From assembly GCF_006345805.1 (NCBI RefSeq), contig NC_043015.1, positions 37,448,001-37,512,000 of the forward strand: DNA of 64,000 nucleotides, given 5' to 3'. Source of the DNA: Octopus sinensis (Eukaryota). The notes beneath the pieces are model-generated. The model worked only from the letters and a program-made list of their open reading frames with translations. It was not told the DNA's origin and searched no databases. The position numbers were made by a program, and so were the translations under genes. Shown here piece after piece: positions 53,134 to 64,000 of this stretch; within the stretch, counting starts at the first letter, position 1, and each line of letters opens with the position of its first letter.

Positions 53134-53582
53134 GGCGCATGAGCGGCTGTGTGGGAAATAGCTTACTTAGCAACCACATGGTTCCGGGTTCAGTTCCACC
53201 TTGGGCAAATATTTTCTACTATAGCATCGTGCCAACCAATGCCTTTGTGAAAAGATATGGTAGACGGAAACTGAAAGAAGCCCGTCGTATATATATATAT
53301 ATATGATGTGTGTGTGTGTGTGTGTGTGTGTGTTGTGTGTGTGTGTGTGAGTGTGTGTGTGTGTGTGTGTGTGTAGGTTTGTGTGTGTGTCCTCCAACAT
53401 CACTTGACAACCGATGCTGGTGTGATACTCACCCGTCACCTAGCGGTTCGGCAAAAGTGTCCTATAGAATAAATACTAGGCTTACAAAGAATAAGACCTG
53501 GGCTCGATTTGCTCGACTAAAGGCGGTGCCCCAGCATGGCCGGAGACTATGTGACTGAGACAAGTAAAAGAACAAAAGAATA
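53134..53582 (+). mobile_element. SINE family B, full length (CORE-like), with internal (TA)n(TG)n
   Basis: tRNA-like head GGCGCATGAGCGGCTGTGTGG...GGTTCCGGGTTCAGTTCC, CORE-like CCTTGGGCAA, a microsatellite at 53288-53395, a conserved 3' half and an AAAAGAAC-type tail. Confidence 0.92.
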
Positions 53583-55189
53583 TACATAGAGTAACGCGCG
53601 CATCTTCGTATGTGTTCTTTATTTAGCTGCTGGTCTCCTAGCAACAATTTCCCTCGTTAGAAATTTTGTTCAGCGTAATCAGATACCAGTAATATACTAC
53701 GTTGATCGCATGAATCCTGCTACTCTCAATGGGAACTGTAAGCTGATACATTGGGGCAAAATAGCAGGATACGGTCATACACACATACACAGATAAAGAA
53801 ATACATACATACATATAAATATAAACAAGTTCGCACACACACACACACATGTATTAATATGTGTGGGCGTGTGTACATTGATGCACGTGTGTGCGAGTGT
53901 GTGTGTGTACGTGTGTTTGTTAGTGCGCGCTCTCGTGCGTGCGTGTGTGTATGCGGAAATGATATCTTAATACATATAACCTAAGCCTTAAAAATCGATC
54001 ACGTAGCAACACCAGAAGCGAATCGATCATGAAATCACAATACGGCAACACCAACAACAGCAACAAGGCAAGTCTCATAAATTTCGATGTGCAGTGTCAT
54101 TGTGAAAGCATTATCTCGGATAATTTGTTATCAGGATACACTCAAACCTCAGCTGCACTTCAGTTGACAAACAATAGCAATCGCTGCATGGCGATTCTCT
54201 ACGACAGGAAATGCATAATGACGCCATCTATTGTCAATTGCATGGCGTAGTTTTACGGCATGATACAACACGTTGTTCGATAATAGAAGCAATGGTGATG
54301 CTGCTGATGCTGCTGCTGATGCCTGTTAAGATAATGGATGCATGGTGGATGGATGGTGGCATCTTTTAACTATTTCAGCTCATTGGACTACAACCATGCT
54401 GAGACACGGTCTTGATGAATTAGAATTTAGCGAGACAAACCTGAGTTGACGAAATTTCCACATTATGTTGCAATGACAGCGTTTCCGTGATTAAGAATTG
54501 TGGTTTTTAATCCCATCATTAGCAGGTTCAATACTAGAGCGCAGATAGAAAGAGAGAACAGAGAGAGAGAGAGAGAAGGGGTGAGTGGTAAACAGACAGA
54601 CAAAGAGGAGCGAGAAGGAGAGTGAGTAGAAGAGGGTTAATAAAAAATATATCAAGTACTTTACAAAATTTTCTTGTTTTTTTTTAAAATTATCTCCACC
54701 CCTAGATGAAGTGTCATAACAACCAAATGCCATTTAAAGAAAAAAGCTGCATAGGAAAGGGAGAGATAATCTAAAATGCCAAATATTCTCCAAAGATGAC
54801 ATGAAGGAATGGATCGCGATTATTCTCTCTCGGTAAGAGGACAGTTGTGGGTGGACGTGTGTTTCTGCCACACATGGCGTCATCAGCACGCCTATTGTTT
54901 TAACTCCTTTTCAGTAGCCAAATGATATTTGTACACATATACATATACATAAAATGAGTAATGTGTAGAACAAATTCTGCAGTATTCCAAGAGTGCTTTG
55001 TAGGGAGTATTTGGCTGTTCATCGACGCCTGTTACAAGTTTTATGTCATAAATACATGTTACATGATTCAGTCATCAAACTACTGCCATTCTGCGGCTCC
55101 GCCTCGAAGAATAATTGGACGAATGAACCGACTCCAGTAATAATAAAAATTATAATTATCATTATTATTATTATTATTATTATTATTAC

Positions 55190-56331
55190 TTTTTTTTTTC
55201 TTCTTTCAAATTTGCTTCCATTTCTTGCCGAGTGTCTTCCCGACTCATAGGGCAAAGAAACGCATAGTATATATTGGTAGGCCATTAAACCAAACTCAGT
55301 AGTTCGTTCATTTTTTATTATTTTTTTTTTTTTAAGTTAAATTAAAATACATGAGCAGCAACATTTCTCACAACGACAATGCTCTTCTCAATACGTGTGA
55401 TGTACCAGTTAAGACAATCTTTTGCACTTCTTGCAGGGATGGTAAGCCAGGGATCATTCTCATATAATTTTCGGTTCCCTTCTTGATCATTCCTAGTGCT
55501 CCTACGATCACTGGTATTGTAACCGCCTTGAGATGCCACATTTTCTCAATTTCAATGAGTAGGTCTTTATATTTTCTGAGCTTGTCAAACTCTTTCGCTG
55601 AGATATTATGATCACAGGGGATGCTCATGTCGATCAATAAGCAAACTTTATGTTTTGGTCTTTCACAACAATATCTGGTTATTGGCCTGATGGTTCGGTC
55701 TGTATGTACTGGAAATTCCCACAGAATGGTTACATTTTCTCCTTCAGTTACAGGCCTCAGGGTGGTGATTATACCACTTGTCGGCAGTTTTGATATTGTA
55801 ATGCCGACTTATAGCCAGTGGAGCTATTGGCCAACTCTGTCATGTCTTAATTTATACTCCACTGGTGCTAAGACTTTACATCCAGAGATTAGGTGGTCCA
55901 CTGTTTCAATCATGTCGTTGCAGAATCGGCATTTTGGGTCTGCTCCATTTTCATCACATTGGCCTGGTAGTTCCGGGTTAATAGGCTTTGGTCTTGAGCA
56001 GCCAGGATGAAACCTTCGCTCTCTGCTTTTAGCCCTGAGCTCCGTAGCCACTGATGGGTTTGCTTCTGGTCAACATCAGCTTGTTTGCTGCGGGTCACAT
56101 ATTTGCCGTGCAGAGGTTTATCCTCCCACCTATCAGCCAATTGCTCGTGCGCTTTTTTCATTGCCATCATTTTCACCTTCTTTGCAACAATAATTGCCGT
56201 ACTTCCCTCGGGTTGTTCAGTTTGGGTATCCTGCACGAGATCAATAGCAAATTTTTTGCTTTCCTTTATGATAGAATGAAGCTTCTTTCGTCTCTCGTGA
56301 TTTTCCACGAGCTCTAGCATCCAGTCATTCG
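55190..56331 (-). pseudogene. 5'-truncated R4/Dong-like non-LTR retrotransposon (zinc knuckle plus RLE endonuclease, 3' UTR) inserted in (TAA)n
   Basis: DWMLELVENHER, WEDKPLHGKY, WLRSSGLKAESEGFILAAQDQSLLTRNY, KCRFCNDMIETVDHLISGC, LLIDMSIPCDHNISAKEFDKLRKYKDLLIEIEKMW and IPVIVGALG...GTSHVLRRALSL*. Frameshifted, with (TAA)n at both ends. Confidence 0.93.
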
Positions 56332-56396
<65 letters not shown>

Positions 56397-56433
56397 CATC
56401 ATCATCATCATCATTATTATTATTATTATTATT

Positions 56434-56465
<32 letters not shown>

Positions 56466-56526
56466 TATTATTATCATTATTATTATTATTATTATCATTA
56501 TTATTATTATTATTATCATTATTATT

Positions 56527-56689
56527 TAGTAGTTTTATTTTTATAGCGTGCTTTCATTTCACTACCGAGCGCAGCTCTGTGTGCCTTGGATATGTGCTGT
56601 GATTTGTTGTGATACTTTGATGGTTATTGTATGGAAAGTGTTCTGCGTAGGATGTGTGCAGTGCCTAGTAGTGCAATTTTATGTATGTT
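56527..56689 (-). mobile_element. 3' stub of a second R4/Dong-like subfamily
   Basis: NIHKIALLGTAHILRRTLSIQ* plus a 3' UTR, with (TAA)n on both sides. Confidence 0.85.
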
Positions 56690-56710
56690 ATTATTATTAT
56701 TATTATTATT

Positions 56711-56786
56711 CAGTAGTTTTATTTTTATAGCGTGCTTTCACTTCACTACCGAGCACAGCTCTGTGTGCCTTGGGTATGTGCTGTGA
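56711..56786 (-). mobile_element. Shorter 3' UTR stub of the same subfamily
   Basis: Near-identical to 56528-56603, with (TAA)n on both sides. Confidence 0.85.
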
Positions 56787-56795
56787 TTATTATTA

Positions 56796-56845
<50 letters not shown>

Positions 56846-56850
56846 TATTA

Positions 56851-56913
<63 letters not shown>

Positions 56914-57295
56914 GTAGCTGCAAACCGAAGACATTCATGCAGTCTACATCTATAAACACATCACTGCACTTAATTTACACAGGATTAACACAAATTCGGT
57001 TGATTATCTGATATCCGCACGCATGATTCACATAACTTCAATGGTTATGCCTTTGTATTTATAGAAACATATTGGTGATTGTGAGATCTGCACCGATCAC
57101 ATGCTCCGTAAGAGCCAGCCTGCAATTGTAATTTCAAGGACGGAAGACGCAACAAGAAATCGGAGAAGTGCAGCAAATTTATATTCGTCTTACTTACGCT
57201 GCTTATATAACACAATCTAACGAGGAACGTTATAATGGACAACGGATTTGATATCCAGAAATTACAAATCGGGGCACAAAAGATATACACACATG

Positions 57296-57339
<44 letters not shown>

Positions 57340-57505
57340 TACACACATGCATACATATATAAATATATTCATATATATATATATATTCACTCATGCATAT
57401 TATATGTGCATGTATGTACATATAGACTTATACATATATATGTTCATGTGTGTGTATATATATGCATACATATATGTATATATATATATGTACATATGTA
57501 TATAT

Positions 57506-57539
<34 letters not shown>

Positions 57540-57603
57540 CACATACATACATATGCATATATACACAGACATATACACATACATGAACATATAATATGCA
57601 TGC

Positions 57604-57638
<35 letters not shown>

Positions 57639-58693
57639 TATGTGTATATATGTACACACATGCACACACACACACAAACAATCCGACGTTGAGGATGTAA
57701 TTATGCAGTGAAATACTATCAAGTGTGTATAACCATTTCAATAAAACAGAGGCATCCCATATGTGCATGTGTGGTGGACGAGCATGATTGTGTCTGTGTG
57801 TGTTTGTGTGTAAGTGTGTCTGTGCTTATGTAAGTGTGTGGAGGCATCGGTGTGCCTCTGTGTATATAGAATTTATTGCGTTTATATTACAAAACTTGAC
57901 CTCGGTAGTCACATTAACAATACGTAACAGAATCAATTGTAACATGAATAACAAACAATAATACTGTATAATCGATATAGTACATCAATGACACCTACAG
58001 TAATGGTGCCAGACTCTATGTGCCCGCGGGCGCGCGCGTGCATGTGCGTGTATGTGTGTGAGAGGGTCGACGGGGTGTGGGCTCCGTGTGAAAGTAGTGT
58101 GACGTAATGCATTAGAATTGTAGGAGCCAAGGAAGACCTGAGACTGAAATGAGAGAGAAGAAAGTAAGATGTTCGCCAGCAACAATAAGTCGTGAAACAG
58201 GGAGAGAAAGGCGGCGGTGGAGTCGTTACCGGCAACGAAGACAGTGGCAAGGACAGCTATAAAAGTGAAGACAAAGGAAGAGCGTATCCGAAAGAAGCGA
58301 ATCCTTAATGTGTTGCCCGGCCAGGCAGAAGAAAATCATGATTGAAAATTGTGTAATAAAACTACAGCAACAGCAACAACAACAATGGCGGCCAACTGCT
58401 TGAAGTAACAAAAACAACAGCAAACGACAAAATGGAAACAAGCGAAGATTTTAACAAGATAAAGAAGAAAAAAGAAATAAAATAAACAATCGGAAAATAC
58501 AGTAACATGCAGAAAAGTAAGCAACAGCGTTAAGAAGAAGAACAAGAAGAACACGAAGAACAAGAACGATAGTAATAAGAGTGTGAGAAAGGGCAGAACC
58601 TAATAAGTGAATTAGAAAGAAACCCGAGTGGGGGTGGGGTGGGATGAGGGGGAAAAATTGATAAATGAAATAAAAAACGATAACAACAAACAC

Positions 58694-58711
58694 AGTAGTA
58701 GTAGTAGCAGC

Positions 58712-58751
<40 letters not shown>

Positions 58752-58857
58752 AGTAGTAGTAGTAGTAGTAGCAGCAGCAATAGTAGTAGCAGTAGTAGTA
58801 GCAGTAGTAGTAGTGATGATAATAATAATGATGATAATGATAATAATAATAACAATA

Positions 58858-58918
<61 letters not shown>
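58694..58918. repeat. (AGT)n then (AAT)n compound microsatellite
   Basis: Direct reading. Confidence 0.95.
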
Positions 58919-58920
<2 letters not shown>

Positions 58921-60169
58921 TTAACGGGGACGATGATGAAATCAAACAATGATGAATATAATATAACAATGACAGTAAGAGGTATTGCAAGGACGGCCAG
59001 AAGCGGTGGAGGAACAAAAGCATTACTCTGTGCGTTTCCGATGCCGAGAAAACAAAATGAATAAATAAATAAATAAATAAATAGGAAATTATCCATCAAC
59101 ACAATTGCGAAGAATATCGAAAAGGAATCGAAATGGACATTGCTTCTTGTATTTGGAGAAGCATAGTCGCAATCCCATTACAGATTCACCAAAAAAATTG
59201 CAAACATACAAACATGGCCAATATTAACCTTTCTTTATTTTTTGTTTGCAGTCTTGTTCTATCTTGATTTGATTGTATGGTGCGTGTGTGCGTGTGCGTA
59301 TGGGCGTGTGTGCGTGTGTGTGTGTGTGTGCGTGTGTATGTGCGTGTGTCTGTGTGTGCGTGTGTGTGTATGTGTGTGCTTATGTTTTTGTAGTGTGCGT
59401 ATGTTTTTTTGTGTATTTGTGTGCCCAAGTGGCGCGTGTGCCTATAGGAGACTGTGTGTGTGTGAGTGTGAGACTTGTGACTGTTTTCATGTGTGCGTAT
59501 GTGTATGTGTTTACAGGTGAGTGTGTGTGTGCATGTATCTCTGAGTGAGCCTTGATATTTGAGCACGTGTGTATATGTCGAGTATGTGTGTGTGAGTATT
59601 TGTGTATGTGTGTGTATGAGTATTTGTGTATGTGTGTGTGTCTGTAGATGGGTGATGCGTCTGATATGTGAGTGTGTTGTGGGTTTACGTGTATGCGCGC
59701 GCGGTGTGTGTGTAAAGGTATGTCTACAGGTATGTATGCATGTATGAGCGCTTGTGTGTGAGTATTTGTGTATTCCAGTGTGTATCTGAATGAGTATGTG
59801 TGCATATATATATATATGTTTGAGTCTATGTAGGTATGTGAGTATTTGTGTGATTGTGTGTATATGTGCATGTGTGTGCGCATGCGTACTTGCATTCATA
59901 TATGTTCCAGTGGATGCACATGTGGTACACGAACACACACACACGTGTGTCTGCATGTTACTCATCATCTAATTCTACAATGGATGCTAGAAACCTGAAT
60001 AGATATTCGGAATTACTTCGGGTTCCCCTGGAATTTTAACTTAACTTGGACGCGTTACGTGTTTTCCACTTTTATTTTTTTCTTTGCAGACATTTTTCCT
60101 TTTTCTTTTTGTTTATCTGTTATTTATTACTTTTGTCCGGCAATTCTGGTTTGTTGTTCATCTTGGTGT

Positions 60170-60675
<506 letters not shown>

Positions 60676-61247
60676 TGCTGTTGTTGTTTTTGTTGTTGTT
60701 ATTCTTTTTCTTGTTTGTGTTGTTGCTGCTTTTCCTCACGTTTTTACATCCGACCATTTTACGATGAACCTGATTATAATTTATTAGATACATTCAAGAT
60801 ATTTATGTATGAGTGTATACATACAGAAACACACATATATACGTTTTCTTGCACGTATATGTGTGTGTGTGTGTGCGTGTGTCTAAAGCTATGTATACAT
60901 ATATATATATATAAATGTATGTATGTGTATGTATGTGTGTAGGTATATGCATGTATGTATATATGTATATATATATATATGTACATATATGTGTATGTAT
61001 ATATGCATGTATTTTTGTAAATTGCGAGAGACAGAGAGACAGAGAGATAGAGAAAGAGAAGGATGTATATGTAACTATTATCCCTACCTATGTATATATC
61101 TGTATGTCTGTATATACCTCCCTATACCTATCTGTCTATCTATTTAATTATCTATATATCGATCTATCTATTCATCTACAAATCTACATCTATATCTGTA
61201 ATTATTTATATATATAAATACCTACATACATACGTATATATATATAA

Positions 61248-61294
<47 letters not shown>

Positions 61295-61398
61295 ATATAT
61301 ATATAGATATATATATACACACACACACATGTATATAATATATATCGCAAAATGAAATTGTAAGGTACCGCACAGTGGATGTATATGTAAGTTCTTTC

Positions 61399-61432
<34 letters not shown>

Positions 61433-61740
61433 TTGTGTGCGTTTGTACGTATCATCAGTTGAGAAATATTGGTGGATACTCGCGTACGGAATATATACGG
61501 GGATACTGTGTAGAGGAAATTTCAAGACTTTGGGTAAAAAACATACAGGAGGATCGCTTAATTATGATTCTATTCAACATATTCTGCTTTCAGATTCATA
61601 CGCCTTTTGGAACGGTACTTCAGTTTTTCTAAACACTTTAAACGGACTCAGAATATTCGGCTTCCAACCAAGCCTTATGCGGTAACTTTAAAGCCAGAAT
61701 CTTTTCAGCAATTCCCCCAATATATATATATATATATATA

Positions 61741-61799
<59 letters not shown>

Positions 61800-61914
61800 G
61801 TTATATATATATATATATATAATATATATATATATATATGTAGGTCCCGGGTTGATTCGGGTTAACCACAGTAAATAAGGTACTCAATACATAGCAGAGT
61901 AAAATTAATTTATT

Positions 61915-62038
61915 ATATAGAAGGAGCTTCTACAGGACTAGAACTGTTTCATTCAAGAGAAATCTTCAGGAAGCTCCTGCTTCCTGAAGATTTCTCTTGA
62001 ATGAAACAGTTCTAGTCCTGTAGAAGCTCCTTCTATAT
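61915..62038. ncRNA. Perfect palindrome carrying a type I hammerhead-like ribozyme on each strand
   Basis: 60-bp perfect arms around a TCCT loop. Plus arm: stem I GCTTC/GAAGC, CTGAAGA core, stem II TTC/GAA, GAAA, stem III CAG/CTG and GUA triplet. Confidence 0.75.
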
Positions 62039-62073
62039 TATATATATATATATGAATATATATATATATATGA

Positions 62074-62114
<41 letters not shown>

Positions 62115-62137
62115 TATATAATATATATTACACACAC

Positions 62138-62202
<65 letters not shown>

Positions 62203-62552
62203 GTGTGTTTGTCTTGTGTGTGTGTGTGTGTGTGTTGTGTGTTTGTGTATAATTGAAAAAAACTTACGGTGATTATATTTACAAAAAGGGAAAATGTTGC
62301 ATAACCGAGTACCTGGACACCTGCAGTACTACATTGCGCAGAAACAATTGTAGTGATTGAAAATACATGTCCAAACATAATCCTTCTTGTTGACTCCAAG
62401 TTTTTTCAGTGATCAATTCACACTCGACAGAAGCCCAAACACAAACCTGGAATTGCATATAATACTACTACCGGATAGCACAGGGTAAACCTGAAGGTCG
62501 AGGAGCTTTAAACTGTGTTCTGCTACGTTCTTAACAGAATGTACCCCATAAC

Positions 62553-62605
<53 letters not shown>

Positions 62606-62683
62606 CGAGAGAGACAGACAGACAGACAGGCAGACAGACACATAGATAGCTAGATAGATAGATAGATAGATTGATAGATAGAT

Positions 62684-62745
<62 letters not shown>

Positions 62746-62753
62746 TTCATTAC

Positions 62754-62961
62754 TCTTTTTACTTGTTTCATTCATTTAACTGCGGCCATGTTCGAGCACC
62801 GCCTTTTAGTCGAGCAAATCGAGCCAGGACTTATTTTTTGTAAGCCTATTACTTATTCTATCGGTCCCTTATGCCGAACCGTTAAGTTACGGGATGTAAA
62901 CACATCAGCATCGTTTGTCATGCGATGTTTGGGGAGCACCAAGACACACCACATATATATT

Positions 62962-63024
<63 letters not shown>

Positions 63025-63220
63025 TATATATATATATACATATATATATGTATATATATATATATACGACGGAATATATATATACATATATACGACGGAA
63101 TTCTTTCACAAGGCTTTGGTTGGCCCAAGGCTGTAGTAGAAGACACTTGCCCAAGGTGCCATGCAGTTGGACTGAGCCTCGAACCATGTGGTTTGTAAGC
63201 AATCTACTTACCACACATCC
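62754..63220 (-). mobile_element. SINE family B, near full length, internal (TA)n
   Basis: Both halves match 53134-53582, including CACTTGCCCAAGG (CORE-like). TACGACGGAAT is locally duplicated. Confidence 0.9.
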
Positions 63221-63728
63221 ACTATATATATATACACGCACACGCACAATATATGTATATATGACATCTGTAGCGTTATCACGATGAGAATTACACGTAC
63301 TGTGAATAAGTAACGGATATATTTGGTAAATTGATTCGCAAGGTTTTATATATTTTTTCCTTCTTTCGAATGTTGGAATGATGTTATATAATTATATTAC
63401 GGTGAGTCTATATTGAGATGGAAAAATTATAAGAGTTTTTGGTCGGTAAAAGATAAGATACGCTAAAAACTGAAGCCTGTATGTGTTAAGATAAATATAC
63501 GTAGAGATAGGAATGTTATACCTAGAAAGAGAGAAAAGTGGAAAAAATAACGATCCTAGTTTATGATCTCATGCGGTTGCTTTTGTCATCGTTTTTTTTT
63601 TTCAGTTTTTTTCTTTTTTATCGTTCCAAGCATCATGCTATATTCACGCTTCCAGTAATTATTGAAATGTATTTTTGTCGACTCAGTGTATCATGATATA
63701 TTTCACAAGTTATACATATATATATTTA

Positions 63729-63760
<32 letters not shown>

Positions 63761-64000
63761 AATATGCATATCTATATATATATATATTATATATATATGT
63801 ATATATGTGCGTATACATATATATATATACATATATACATATATACATATATATATACATATATATATATACATATATATACATACATACATATATTGTA
63901 CATGGTGAGAGATATAGAGTATAAATACAAGTATATAGATAGTTATAGACATAGTATGTATATAGAAAGTTGTACACATAAATAAACACACACATATATG

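Noticed and set aside
62268-62405. Minus-strand TM-like ORF ending at a GTAAGT donor
   Set aside because: There is an in-frame stop at 62406-08 and no convincing acceptor in between.

Overview
Eukaryotic, AT-rich, repeat-saturated DNA, most likely from an octopus (Coleoidea). This is inferred from the extreme (TA)n/(CA)n/(AAT)n/(GATA)n microsatellite density and from three recurring tRNA-derived SINE families. I find no rRNA, genuine tRNA, CRISPR array or recognisable host gene, and almost all long ORFs in the track are microsatellite translations. Supportable content: about 15 SINE copies; decayed non-LTR retrotransposons (an R4/Dong-like restriction-like-endonuclease element nested in a (TAA)n array, two more RLE-type fragments, plus RTE-, CR1/L2- and Ingi/Vingi-like fragments); two mariner remnants; several foldback hairpins; and a few weak candidate exons. 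The most interesting signal is five short elements from four unrelated sequence families that carry type I hammerhead-ribozyme-like motifs, each docked in or against a (TA)n tract. One of them is a perfect 60-bp-arm palindrome (61915-62038) encoding an intact hammerhead on each strand, back to back. All family names come from recalled motifs, not database searches.
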